A stretch of 64,000 nt of DNA from Antedon mediterranea. Taxonomy: Eukaryota > Animalia > Echinodermata. Under the pieces are notes generated by a model. It did not search any database and was not told where the DNA came from. It worked only from the letters and a program-made list of their open reading frames with translations. Below, piece by piece: positions 1 through 13,600 of the stretch (position 1 is its first letter; each line of letters starts with the position of its first letter). The stretch is taken from assembly GCF_964355755.1 (NCBI RefSeq), contig NC_092675.1, positions 29,174,912-29,238,911 of the forward strand. The letters are read 5' to 3'. A program made the translations under genes and the position numbers.

Positions 1-8
1 TTCGCTAG

Positions 9-652
9 GTTGGTAAGAGGCCGGGGTCGAAGTTGGCCCTCAAGACCGGTCAGGTGAAGAAGAAACGTCAGCAGGTAACGTTTATCCATACTGCCCTCTG
101 AGGCTCAATTGTGGATCTGATTTTTATCAGTACTGTAGTGTCTGTACATCTTTTTACAGTGTAACATGCACTACTAATGATTTGCAGTAACAGTGCTTGC
201 TTCAGAAAAAATAAACGTTTCATCAATACAGTACCATCAAAGCTTTTGGTTGCTAAGGTATTGGTTGCTAAGGTACTGGTTGCTAAGGTACTGTACGGTA
301 AATGACATGACTTTACCATGGTCCACCGTTTTATATAAATTGCGCTTAAATATAAAATGTGACTCTCTGCTGAGGATTTGGGGTGGGTGGTGAATATTGA
401 AAATTTCAGAGGCGAGCTCTGCCTCATGTTGGCTACGGCCCTGGTTGTTAATCACCTACTAAAACAACAATCGCTGAAAACGCCAAAAGGTAATGCTTAG
501 TTGAATATCATTCACTGACAATTTAGAATTTATTCTCTTTGTAGGAGGAGAAGAGTGGCTCGTCAGATTCCTGGTCACAATATATGGCAGAAGTTAAAAA
601 GTTCAGCAAAGGTCTTGATGATGATAATAAAAATAGACCACTAATCAAATGA
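9..652 (+). CDS. TRIR: Telomerase RNA component interacting RNase (C19orf43/TRIR), last two coding exons; 5' part lies outside the window
   Basis: Exon 9-74 (AG at 7-8, GTAACG at 75) reads VGKRPGSKLALKTGQVKKKRQQ. Exon 545-652 reads EEKSGSSDSWSQYMAEVKKFSKGLDDDNKNRPLIK*. Both match the remembered TRIR C-terminus (VGKRRGGNKLALKTG...AWAKYMAEVKKY...DDDKTRPLVK). Confidence 0.88.
246..290. repeat. 15-bp tandem repeat x3 (YTGGTTGCTAAGGTA) in TRIR intron
   Basis: Three adjacent copies at 246, 261 and 276. Confidence 0.9.
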
Positions 653-698
653 AATCAACATTATTTTATTTACATTTATTTATTTTTATTAGTTATTA

Positions 699-1007
699 GT
701 ATTTGTCACCCCAAAAACATGGAAAATAAAGAAAAATAAAATCAGACTTTGAATAGATTATTTTGTAGTTTTAATAAAGTTAATCACTTCCGTAGAAAAA
801 AAAGGGAACAAAATTAATGTTTTCACTTATAAAATGACCAAAAAAAATGGTTAAATTCAACGAAAAACCCATTGGCTTGTAGCCAATTTGACTATTTTTT
901 GCTTTAAATTACAGTTTTTTAGGTAAAAAAATTTGTTTATCCAATTTTTGGTCAAAGTGGATAACAATTAGATGACATTAAGAATTATTTTTTCAGGGGG
1001 ACAATAC
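699..1007. mobile_element. Dispersed MITE-like repeat with imperfect TIRs; second diverged copy at ~41760-41965
   Basis: Ends TATTTGTCACCCCAAAAA / TTTTCAGGGGGACAATA are imperfect inverted repeats. Internal blocks (TGTTTTCACTT, ATGGTTAAAT, AGCCAATTT, TTTTGGTCAAA, AAGAATTATTTTTTCAGGGGGACA) recur in the same order at 41760-41965. Confidence 0.6.
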
Positions 1008-1403
1008 ATCTTTAAATGTGATTGTTAGTAGTGGGAAAGAAAAGTCTTGGTAAAGCTTTCTAATTAGTTACTTCATGTAGTACAGTATTGTTTTTCCAGT
1101 CCCTAATTAAAACAATACATATTTTCACTTTTGTATTTGATAAGATAATTAATAAGATTGCTTTAAGTGTGTATTGAGCAATATTTGTATAAGTTTTTAT
1201 GTTTAGTATTGTAAAAATTCAATACAGTATATTGTTTGTAAATTCATATATTTTGTAAGAAATATTACCGTATTTACATTTGTATTAAAAAAAGAAAACA
1301 AACATTACCGCTTATTATACTGACGTAGAGAATTGATGATGGAAAATCACTTGTTCATAGGATTGTACGACGACATATGTCATACAGTGTATTGTCACAC
1401 CCC

Positions 1404-1512
1404 AGTCCCCACTTGGATGCAATGACGTAGACACAAATGAGTTGACTATTTATAGTGATAGTTCCATTGCATCGTGATTGTTGCGTCCTTGCGTTACGTC
1501 CAAGTGAGGACC
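1404..1512. mobile_element. Small degenerate hairpin/MITE remnant
   Basis: GTCCCCACTTGGATGCAATG and CGTTACGTCCAAGTGAGGAC form imperfect terminal inverted repeats. No clean TSD. Confidence 0.4.
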
Positions 1513-3942
1513 AAGTCTTTACTAGGAACCTTCTGGTCAAATGGTTTTCATCCTACTCGTCCTTTTTAGGAACAAGAATTGCCAGCTGCAAATTGTTTCA
1601 ATATTTTACTTTTTAAATAATGGTCTTCCAATCAATTGTGTACTGTACATAAATTTTGGTTACATAATGGCCATTTTACTTTTCAGGTCAATGTACAATA
1701 TTAGTATTATTATTATATTAGTACAATAGTTCTCAATCTTTTTATTGATAACATTTACAAAAACTAAGTTTGTATTGTATATATTAAAAGTTTTAGCTAA
1801 GAAAATTTATTAGTTTACTTTTTATTGCACTACATAGACTACTAAATAGAAAAACAACTCTACCAAATGCGATGAAAAAATCCACTTTTTAAAATTCAAT
1901 AATTATGCAATAATATTGCCATATATGCGCATATATTGTGTTATAAACATATTATATAGCCATAGTACCTAGTTATGGCAAAAAATAAAAGGGTGGAAAT
2001 TTGGCGGTTTTTCAAAAATTTCCGTATACTATAGTACAGGGATTTTTTTTTAAAAGGGCCAAAATATCCACTTTTTAATATGCGATAATATTGCCATATA
2101 TGCGCATATATTGTGTTATAAACATATTATATATAGTTTTTATGATACATACCACAAAATGATGATAATGCAATATACCTTCTAAAAAAAGCTACTATTT
2201 TTGATAATTGTTTGAAAGAGATAGAAATAAAACAATGACTAAAACAAATAGTGTTTTTATAGTATTAATAATAATGAAAGTGATATATTATAATATATAA
2301 AAATATCCTGTAGTACTGTTGCTGTTGAACCAACATCCAGTTATTAGGTTTGATGTTAAATAATTGGATACAATAGATACACAGTGAATTTTTCAATAAC
2401 AAAAATAAATTTCAATAACAATAGTTACATGTACAGTATTAGCGAACATTCCATTTCATGACAGGTCACAGATTTACAGTCGTACATGCACAGAATAACT
2501 TCTTGACTTGATATCTGTGTAGATGAGTGGTTTGCCATTTGCCATAAAAAATTCAATTAAATTCCACCCACAAATACAGCTTTTGCACATTCTCTATCTT
2601 CCAGTGTCACCATTGTAAGATCGGGCAGAATTAGCAAAAACTGTCTTTTAAAAACCAGTGCAATAAAAACTTCGCAAAAACTTTCAATATCTGTGGCGTA
2701 ACAGCTATGGGCGCTCACTGGCTAAACCCAGGGGCTTTAAAACAGGCATTGAAATCTGCCACTAAGGGTCTCTAAAACATGGGACCTTATGCCTCTGCGT
2801 TAAGCTACTGCTCAATACACTATATTATATTATAAAAAGCAACATCTTTTAAAAATATTAATACAATACTACTGTATTAAAATACTCAAAATAAACAAAT
2901 TGAAATCTCTGCTTAGTTAGCCACATCATTTGTGTGGTAAGAACAAGGCTGTAGCCAGGATTTGTTCGTGTAAGCATAAGCAACTGAATGTAAGTTAGAT
3001 TTTAGGCCTAGCTTACGAGATGAAATATTTTGTCTGTCGACTATAAAGGATTTGCCTATTCACTAGCGCTTTCAATGAGCCATCTCCTGTTTTCATATTA
3101 TTATTATTATTAGTATTTGATTTAAAATTGTTAAGTAATGAAAATTATGATGTGCAATAAAGTGAAGTAAGGGCACTTAAGGAAAATGGGCTTTAAGAAC
3201 CTCCTAGTTACTGGCTTGTTAATTGGTACCTTGTCTCATTGAAATTACAGTCCTATTTTCACTATATTGCAACAAACACACAGTTCAATTACAGATATAA
3301 ATACAAAGGCACAAACACAATAAAATATCAATAAAAAATGTTTTAAAATATATAAATGAGACTACAACTCAAAATTGTTCACATGTAATATATAAATTAA
3401 AAACAATAAATTTATACTGTACATCCAATTCTTGACAAATAATTTACAAAAAGTAGGAAAAAGTGGCAGTAAATTTTACATTAAAATTTACACTAGTTTT
3501 CAGAAAAACTCCTCCACCTTAATAAAGCATTTTCATCGATATAAATTAGGTTATAAATGCAATACTATAGCAAGCAATAGGAAAGTATTTAGTAGTATCT
3601 AGATACAAAAACAGACTCTTGAATTTGTTCCTAATATTAGACATGGAAAAAGATCACAAGAATATACCAAGTTTAGAAACCAAAAATTAGCATTTTTATA
3701 ATTTAAACAGTTTAAAAGAAAGGAATTCCAAAATCAAAATATTTCTATAGATTTTGAAATTAATATTGGTTTTAAAGAAAGTGATATATTTCACATTAAT
3801 TTTCTTGAGATTTGTGGACACTTGGGGTTATTCTATACTTGTATTAGTGAAGCCATGTTGATACTAATGTCTTTTGTTGTATTGTTGCTCAATGTTTCCC
3901 ATGATGCCACAGTCACCCTTCATAAGTCACAATTTGGAATAT

Positions 3943-6900
3943 TCACCGACGCCTTGTACCACCAAAACCTGGAATAAAACATACAAATTGTAGTATTATA
4001 CCCTTTTCAAATCTGCAACAATTTACGATGTGAAAAGGGTATTAGTGATGAATAGAGTTTTAAAATATCAATAGTATATTTATGACCACAAATAACTATT
4101 TTAAAAATGTTTGTTTTCAAAATTATTGAATTTACTTTTGTATTGTTTAACCATTGAATATCTTTAATATGTGGTTTAATTTTGTACACATATATATTAC
4201 ATAAATATATCTTATTTTAAGCATCACCATTACTTTTAAAATGACCATGTTACATAAAACTATTTCTAATAATTAATTTCCAATGCTTTTCATAATTACC
4301 TGAAGCTGTTCGAGTTCCTGTACTGCCTCCACCTCCAAAACTTCCTCCCCCTCCAAATCCGCCCCCTCCAAATCCGCCCCCTCCAAATCTGCCCCCTCCA
4401 TAGCCTCTTGATGAATAACCAAAGCCTGTCCTTGGCCTAGCATAGCCACCATATCCATAACCACGACTACAAACAAAATATAACAATTTAATTTATTTGG
4501 TGAATTTCGCTTGAAATTTTAAAAAAAATGGGCAGACAAAACAAAAGCAACCTAGGCCACCATGACTCAGTAATTCCTTCATACAATATAAAAGTATATA
4601 AATTTGGTAATTATGAAAATAAAATCTTATTACAGTATATACAAATTTAAGATTTCGGGATAAAAAAATAAAATTTAAAAAAAACATCATTACCAACTAA
4701 TTCTGAAAGTCACATTGAATACAAAATACTGTACACATTGTAGATATTCCAAGCAACAAAATAAATGCAATGCTGTCAGGATAACAATGTTTCAATATTG
4801 ATTGACGTATCATGTATATTTATTACTCAAGAATACTTACTTTCTGTTATTACCGAACATGTATCCCAGCAGGCCACCAGTTGCAGCTCCGGTCCAGAAA
4901 CCACCACCACCACCACCTACACCCCCACCCTGATTGTATCGTGTACCAGAACCTCTACCGCAATTACCAGATTGGTAATCAGGTCGGAAACCAGGGGGCG
5001 GAGGACTACCGCCACCACCACCACCACCCCAGTAGCCTTGTCCTCCACCATAACCATCATCAGTGTCCGCATAGCCTGTCTGGACGGGAGTTTGTATACA
5101 CGTCTTGTACAAGCCATATATGATCACAGCAACTACTGCCAAAGATATCCAGTCATATATCGAACTGCTGCTTTTACTAAAAAAAAAAGCAAATCAGTTT
5201 AATAATAAATACACTGACAAAAACTAGCATTTTTAAAAAGTTAATGGCATCTATCAAAATTGAGTTCAGAACTTTATTTTAGGCCCTGGCCCCCCTCCCC
5301 TTCAAAATCGTAGATCCACTACTAAAAATCTTCACAAACTAGACTTTCAAAGACTTGTAATAAGACTTTGTTTATGTAGAGCATCTTGTGTATATGTTTG
5401 TCTTGTGAACCTCTGAGGGTCCCTAATGATTAGCGATTGCTGGATGGATCACCCTCATTAAATATGGTAAAAAAAAAAAAAATGATCTTATGTAAATGTA
5501 AGGTTGTGTCAGCTTACCGTGAGTAGCCATAGTTGTTATTGTTGCTACCGCCACCGCTGCCACCATAATAGTTGTGGTGTTGGTTTTGCTTCTGGTGTCC
5601 TTCTTTCGTAAGATCTATTGTGTACTCCAACTAAAATGTAAAAATATACTTTTTAAATTACACATACAGTATAATTTACAAAAGTTTACTTTTACCTTTA
5701 CTTAGGATTTTATTGCACAAAAGAGCAAAATTTTTTTAGCAAAGGTAGGCTGGAGGCTTTTATACAGAATTAGGTAGGTTAGGGTTAAGGGGGGTGTGGA
5801 GTGAGAAGAGTAGACAAAGGGTTTAGTTCAGAACAAAAGACGATGTTAAGGCGAAATTAGATCGACAGGAACAAATTTATATTTTTGTATGTGCAATTCT
5901 TCTGTGGAGCTGTCCACATGTACTCAAAGCTAATAGCCAAATAACAGCAAATATCTTTTTTTTGTGTACGTCGTCATTGCAAATTGGGATCAAATCTGAG
6001 CTCACAAAATCAGTCGTTTTAATGGATTATGCAAGTCCTATTAGTTTATTTAGTTAAGTTGTCAGCATAATTAGATCTTGATTTAAATGTATATATGTTA
6101 AAAAAACATGTTTGTGAACAATGAAACACATACAGTTAAGTCTTCTACTTATATAAAAAGTTATGAAAAAAGAAAAACCTGTACAGGTATATCCGAAAAT
6201 AATATAGATTTTTTTATGTGAAATGGGTCGGAGCCCATTGTTTATTGAAATAAAAGAAAGAAAGATATGTTTGTTTACCCCACATGAGCCTCTAAGTATA
6301 TACTCATCATCAGGGTGATCATATCCCTCACAGATAACTTCTATCTTTCCAAACCGGTAAGCATTATCCATGTCAGACTTGCACTCCCACTAAAAATGGA
6401 GTTAAAAAAAACATTCTGTTAATAATAATAATAAAGGTGTGCTATAATAACTCATTGAGATTGTTGCTAAGCTTAACTAAGCACTGTAGTGCTAGTAAAA
6501 TGTTTGCCACGAGGAGAATTCCCTCTTTTAACGATGTCTGCAAGTGCGTCTACGGTTTTAGAATAAGAATTTGGAATAGTGAATATGATCTTGTTAGGTG
6601 GGTCTGATGATTACCTGAACATCATATCCATCTGAGCCACGGTTATAACACTGAACAACTTGTGGCCTGAACGCGGAACAACCAGCCGAACCACCAATGC
6701 ACTGTAGCTAAAAAACAAAGATACAAACACTTGAAAGTATGTCCAAACTATAGAGGGCGCTATTACAAAATATACATATTTTGGCATCAATTATCAATGA
6801 TATTAAACATTAAACATTATGTTATGTCAAGTGTGCCAAAAGCTGAAAATGTGGTTTCAACTCATTATTTCACAAATTAAACAACGTGTGCATTTATTAT

Positions 6901-7402
6901 AAACAGCAGTAGTTAGTAGAAATTATAAATGGATATTATCATGGATATTGTTTGAAAATGTGAGAAATTGTATTTGAGCAGGAAATCATGAAATATTATC
7001 AGGAGACTCTAGTGATTTTATTCAAGAACCATATTTAGGATCAACCTGCTCCACCTTTTCCATTCAACCCTTTTCTCCCTATCCACTTACCTGTTTTACA
7101 GGACTTGACCTACGACCTGTAGTCATATGTCCATCTTTTAATGTTAAAACATTGACGTCATGCAAACGAACACGATCTTTGCTACCTATATAAATGAAAG
7201 CAAAAAAATGTAAAAATAAGTTATAGTTTATTAATTACTATTCCTGGCCCTCTATTTTGAGAATTTTGACATTTCAATCCATTTGACATATGGATACCAT
7301 GGACATGAACATTTACTTACCAAATAAAGCATTTCCTGATATGAACAAAGTGCATAATAGTACCATCAATGGCAGAAGAAATGAGTTTAATCTCCAATGC
7401 AT
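3943..7402 (-). CDS. SARAF: Store-operated calcium entry-associated regulatory factor (TMEM66)
   Basis: Eight phase-compatible GT-AG exons: 7402-7321, 7185-7091, 6707-6615, 6389-6279, 5630-5518, 5176-4841, 4466-4300, 3968-3943. Encodes signal peptide MHWRLNSFLLPLMVLLCTLFISGNA, then DRVRLHDVNVLTL...TTGRRSSPVKQLQCIGGSAGC...VQCYNRGSDGYDVQWECK...CEGYDHPDDEYILRGSCGLEY, one TM helix, GFWTGAATGGLLGYMFG and terminal TASGFGGTRRR*. Probable 5' UTR exon has its donor at 8088. Confidence 0.95.
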
Positions 7403-8088
7403 ACTGTAATTCTCCTTGTCAGTTCTTGGGTGTCTTCTTTGTTTATGATTATATCTATGGAATAAACAAACAAATTCTCTTATTAGACATACAATTGATA
7501 AGACCTCCTAGTTAATTTCCCTCGTGGAAGATTCAGGAGGAAACAAACCAAGTAGTACCAAGTAAAAAAATGTTAATTAAAATTATTAATTAGAATTAAC
7601 ATTTTTAGACATACAAAACTAAAGGCTTAGAGGTTTGTTTGTAATATGTTCAGTCCTTGAAGCAAAATACCATTACCAGGATGTCTCAGCTTATTTCCAA
7701 CTAATTAATAACAATCATTTACAAATTACATACAGTTACAAAAACATTGAAAATTGTTTGGTTCAATCAAATTCTACAAACAAGGAAATCCTCCAAATTG
7801 CGCATAAACAAATATTCCTATGCCTAGTCAAGTGTAGTTCTGCATGATTGTTTTATACCACAAGAATGTTTGCTTTGGCCTAAAAGTAGGCCGAATCTTC
7901 ACACCAAACCTGGGTCGAATCGTCTCGGATTCAATATACCTAGCCAAATAGCCCTGTCGTTGGACCTGTCCCTAGGCTACATTGCAACTTAAAACTGGCC
8001 TAGGCCTAGTTAGGTCTAGGCCTAGGTACAGCTAGGAAATCCAAGGTTTAACTACATTAATTATAATACTATTATACAACAAAAATAC

Positions 8089-9538
8089 CTTGTAAGTGTG
8101 TATGAAAAGTACGTTGAGAAATCAGATTTTCTAAATCAGATATTGAATTAGTATTTTAGCTAAATAAAGTCATAACTTTTAATGATTTTCACAACAAAAC
8201 GTCAGTCGCGATCGCGTCCATTATATTTGAGGAGGATATTCACACGATGTTTATTTGCGACGTGTGTATTCAACCAAATCAGCTATTGACACGTTTGCTT
8301 TAATCGTACGTCATTGATTTATCATATTGAATACAAATCTCAAAATATATTATGACTGGTAACTATACATAAAAATGACGAGTAACAAATCAGACAGACT
8401 CCTATAAATGTAAAACAACTCAATGATGGAAATCCGAGCCCGATCGACTCCAATAATTTGTTTGACTAGAATGGTCCACAAAGATGAATTTTTTCAGTCG
8501 ACACCTTTTATCATGGAGGAAATATCCTCCATGCTTTTATCATTATTCCATTTAAGTAATTAGCTACCGACCGATGTCATCAAGGGTAAATATATAAACA
8601 GACAATACTATAATATAAATACATAATAACAAAAATTATTTACGGTCATTGGATGCAATTTAAATATCGTAAGACAGAAAAAAATGACGAAATTGACCTG
8701 ATAAAGGGGGAAAGAGAGACAGACAGATAATTGATAATTAACATTACCATTAACACTAATTTTTGCAAAAAAGTAGAAAAAGAAAATTGACATTTTCGCG
8801 CCGCTCCTAAGGCAGTTATATTCAAGAGAACGGAAGCATTAGAACATTTTGTATCACGCGGATAGTTAAGGCTAAAAAATGGGAATTTGTAAATTCGGAC
8901 TGGCCGGCATGCCACACCCCAAAGCACGTCTGGGAGAAGACTATGAGACGTATGCCCGTATAAAACCTGTTAAATAAATATTTTATTTTGTTTTGGCTGT
9001 CAACGAGGCCGGTGGGTATTATACCATACATTGGAATAATTAGGCCTAATTGTCAAAACAATCCTTCCTCTATGCTACTACCACCAACTTAGGGAGTAAC
9101 TTCCCTACCCCGGAACATGTATAGTATTTTATAGTTTAGAATTATATTTTGTTCTATGTACAATAGGTCCGGACTTTACGTTACACATGTATCTAGAAAA
9201 CTCAGATATCTGAGTTTTCTAGATCTGAGTTTTCTAGACACCCGATTATTAAATAAAAAAAAATAAATATTTCTTAAAATATTAAATAGAGTATCACTAA
9301 AAAAAGCGTAATTGAATAAAGAAAGAACAATAATTAAAACTATTAAGTCAAAAGTAAACCGATGTTTTTTATAAGAAATATTTCTTGAATAAAATCAATA
9401 TTTTTTATACAGGGCATTCACCAAGTTTATATAGACACTTTGGAATCAGGATCTATAGAAAAGGTCAGATAAAGATGAAAATGTTTATGTCGCGGCCGGT
9501 CGTCGATTGTCGTCGTGTGTTTTCGTCGGATTATCATC
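8089..9538. promoter_or_regulatory. Divergent (head-to-head) promoter region of SARAF and NDUFA11
   Basis: Lies between the 5' ends of two oppositely oriented genes. Locally CpG-retaining patches at 8195-8320, 8790-8960 and 9488-9530 in an otherwise CpG-poor window. Confidence 0.6.
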
Positions 9539-10648
9539 ATGAATCGTTTTGAGGATGTCTTTAATGTTGAAAACTTTAGAAAACATTCAGAGTTTATGCG
9601 AATCGAGCATATGGTACATTTAGGTGAAAATGGTCTTCCAAACACTGTAAAAATTACAGGAAGTGGAGGTGTCTATGGTAAGTCTAGCCTCAATAAAGTC
9701 TAAGTAAGCTAGCTAGCCTAGCCTAGTTAGTAGTAGGACCTACACACGTCAGGACAGCAGCAGCACCGGTCGGCGGTTGTGTGTCAATACCAGAAAGAGG
9801 CCTAAAGAAACTGAATTTAGGCCTAACCGTCAACCAGTGTAAATAAAATATCTATCTAGGCTAGGCCATATTATGCAATTAAATACTATCTAAGGAAAAA
9901 CAATTATTTATATTTTACTTTTGAATATTTCAATTTTTAAATTAATACAATAATATTAATACAGTATTAATATTCATGGCCTCATTTTTTTTCTAGGTGC
10001 AATGGTCGGAATATGGTCACTAGGTGCGGTTAGACCACAAAATTCAAAACATGCTCTTAGGCGGATGGCATATTTTTCTTCTTGTGGTGGTAAGTATGCA
10101 TTGCAACTGTAATTTAATTTGTGTTCAACCTTTCCAACTATTTAAAAAAAAAAGTAGAAGTATGATTATTTTACCAAAAGTCCTTTGAATTATTCCTTTA
10201 ACAATTCTAGTGGTTTTTTTCAGCACTGCTCGGAGGAACATTTGCAGCAAGTACATCAATTGTAGCAGCATATCGTGGTAAAGATACTCCAATAAACTAC
10301 TTCTTTGGTGGAATGACAACTGGTGCAGTCATTGGCACTATAAGTAATTATTATTTAATACATATTGTTTTGTATTAATTTAATAACTTTTTAAAGGAAG
10401 GGTGATGCTTTCTGATAAGACAGTGAGGGTTACCGTTTCAGGCTTGTGTCCATTAACAAAACTACTTTTTTAAGAATGTTTCAAAAATGAATAATGCCTA
10501 TTTACCAAACATGTATTTGTATTATTTTGCAGGCAAAAGTTTACCAATAGGTTTTGGCATGGCTGCTGTACTTGGCTCAACTGCTGCATTTGCTAAGTTA
10601 TGGGTGATTGAGGGATGGCCACACCCAATAGGAAAACCAGAGTATTAA
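9539..10648 (+). CDS. NDUFA11: NADH:ubiquinone oxidoreductase subunit A11 (Tim17/22/23-family fold)
   Basis: Four exons: 9539-9677, 9997-10089, 10224-10343, 10533-10648, all phase-1 GT-AG introns. Motifs GGTFAASTSIVAAYRGKDTPINYFFGGMTTGAVIG and AAFAKLWVIEGWPHPIGKPEY* resemble NDUFA11 (VREKPDDPLNYFLGG...VKMGRLEGW...KPKV). Start codon choice is uncertain. Confidence 0.8.
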
Positions 10649-11353
10649 AACAATAAAAACATGCAAGAAAACAAAATAATTTGCGGTGTCAAAGGAAACC
10701 GTTATTTACTGTACAATGCCATTTAAGCAAAACTTAAGATAGAAACTGTGGAAGACAGCTCCTAATAAGGATATGGAATATGTTGCAATGGATTTGATGG
10801 TTTGATTTGATACAATTATATACTACAAGATTGCAGTAGTGTTCATTGAATACGTATGGTGATTGTAAATAAAAATGCCACAATTATGTTGTGCTTGTTA
10901 TTACTTTATTTAATATCATTGTGTATATTATTATTGTGAATAGTGTTTAAAATAATACATTATCTTTAAGAAAGTTCTGTTTTAATTATGCTAATGATGT
11001 ACATGTACCCCTCCTTGCATAAAATTTGAGGGGCAGGGGTGTCTTACTATTCAACAGCAGAACCCTAAATTATGAAAATAATTTCAAGTAATACAATTAG
11101 GGTTTACAATCAAATTCAAAAATACTTGCGGTCTAAAATACAAAATATGATTTACAAAACTCATGAAATTGTGAACAATAACACACAGCTTTGAACTTCA
11201 GATTATTTTGCCAATTTTATAATGTATGATCATTAATAAAAAAAATGAAGACTAGGATATTTTATATTGCATTAAGGAGGGCACACATATTCATCTTAAT
11301 AATTATAAATAAACTCTTTATTAAAATTGAACAATCTAACAAAATGTAAAACA

Positions 11354-12609
11354 TCATTCTCCAAATTTAAGCTGCCTTGTGTCTTCTTTCATTCGTTTAT
11401 GCAATTCTTCGGCCTTTTCTCGATATTGTTTACCGGCTGCTTCATCTTTCTCAACACCGTCTCCACGCATGTACATCCTACTTAAATTAGCACACGCATA
11501 CATATGATTATTATCGCAACATTTTGCCGCCAGTTGAGCAGCTTTCTTCATGTTTTTATTCACCCCATCAGCTCCTTGTATGTAAATTGAACTAAGATGA
11601 AAACAACTAGGGACATACCCTTGCTTGCATGATTTTTCTAGAAAACCAACCGCTTTTGGTATGTCCTTTTTATTGTTCGGCCCGAGACCGGTTTGTTGTA
11701 AGAGAAGGCCGGCTCCATGACACGCATCAGCGTTTCCAAGAGAACAACCTTTTTCAAAATACTTAAAAGCTTTATCTGTGCTTTTCTCTACTCCTGAAAA
11801 AAATAAATTTAGTTGATGTTTATATGTATGGTACTGTATACTAACTGGATATCATATCATAACTGGATATCCAACTTAAGTACAATATAAAAGTATGGGA
11901 TGATGGGACTAACCTTTGCCATGAATGTAAAGTGCAGCAACTTTGTTGCAGCCTTTTCCAAAGCCACGTTCTTCGCAACTTAATGTGTAAGCCTCGGCTG
12001 CTTTTGTAAAGTCACTTTTTATAGCTGCAAAGAAGTCACCAAGTCGAAAACATCCTGAACAAAAAGAATGGACATTTAATAATTTATTGTTTTATTACGT
12101 AATCATGCAACTCCCAGGTTAGTGACAAGCAAGCTGCATGGGATTTTTAAAAAATGTGGGGGAAAAGGTGGGTGCATGAGAGGCCTAGAGTATTTATTAT
12201 GTAATACAGTATATAGCCTAGGCCCTATATTATTGTATTGTGAAAACAAAAAGGCTAAACTAAAGACAGAAAGTCTGTCTGTAGTCATGTTAATATAATT
12301 GCCATTATGTTTTTATTTTATATTTGTCCATTTACCTAATAATAGTCAAATAGAAATTGTCTAGGCCCTAATACACCTAGATCAGTAGGCCCTTACTAGG
12401 CCTAATTACTCATCTAGGTAAGTCCACATAAACCTGGGGTATGATCGTCTGACAATTAAAGTAAAGTAGGCCTAGCTCAGATCCAAATTGCATGATCGGT
12501 ACAAACCTTCTGGAGTTTTTTCAGAATAGCATTGGTAGCTATATTCTGTACCTAGGTTTTGAAGGTACTCTTTTACTTCGTCTTCATTATTAAAGTCAAC
12601 TTTATTCAT
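11354..12609 (-). CDS. COA7: Cytochrome c oxidase assembly factor 7 (Sel1-like repeats)
   Basis: Three exons: 12609-12507, 12054-11914, 11793-11354. Reads [42 protein letters not shown], with Cys-rich SLR repeats and C-terminal [18 protein letters not shown]...LKFGE*. Confidence 0.93.
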
Positions 12610-13600
12610 TTTATTCGCCGACAACCAACCGAACGGTACACTACACGTGAAATTGGTTAATCGAAAAATGGCAGCCTCCAGTTGTTAGTTGCCAGGGTCT
12701 TTGGATATTTGTACACAATTCGCAATGTGACAGTCCGCACGCGTCCGTGTATTATTTTTAAAATAAATTAAATTATATTATTTTTATTTTTCCCCCTCTT
12801 ATTTTATACGGTATAAATGAGTCGGTTTTATGACATCTATGTGCGGTTATTTTACTTCAAAATTTTCTCAAACTATGACTTTTGAACATAAGTTACAATT
12901 TACACAAACAGATTAACAGACCAGGGAGAATATTTCATAAATCACAATTATTTTATTTGCACAACAAAGAAGTATAATAATATCAATTGAAACTGCTAAC
13001 ATAGATTTTAATATATTTGTTGCCTCTATCAGTAATAGTTTAATACTATGTTGAAGATAAAAAATGGTGATTTGGTTAATCAACAATTGTGGATGTAAAT
13101 AAAACATTACAAAATAACATGAATCCATCCCTTAACAATTCTGTAATAAAATAAACGTTTCTATAGTGACCTAAATATTACTAAAAATGATCAATTATAA
13201 TATAATACAAATAAAAACCCATATAATTAAATTCAAATCTAGAAAAAAAAATGGGTAAAACCTGAATAAGTAGAATTTGGTGTACATTTATTCTAATAGT
13301 AATACATCATCTTATCTACATCAAATATAATACCTTATATTCACACATTTACAAAAATATACTTATATTCTACAGAGTTTTTAAAATCAATGCAATAATC
13401 TACACTTTAACAGAACATTAAGTAAATTAATTATATTATTGAAGAAAAACTACATTATTTCTTAAAATTTATACAAACATCAACTTGCATGAACTAATGG
13501 TTTTACATTAATGCTATAGGCCACAAACGAGAATCGCAAATATTTTAGGTTTAGTGGTAAATTTTGCAGATTGAAATTAGAATTGGCATAGTCACTAGAC

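Noticed and set aside
1513-1592. Possible extra minus-strand terminal exon after a TTGCAG acceptor
   Set aside because: All frames stop within 16 codons and there is no recognisable homology.
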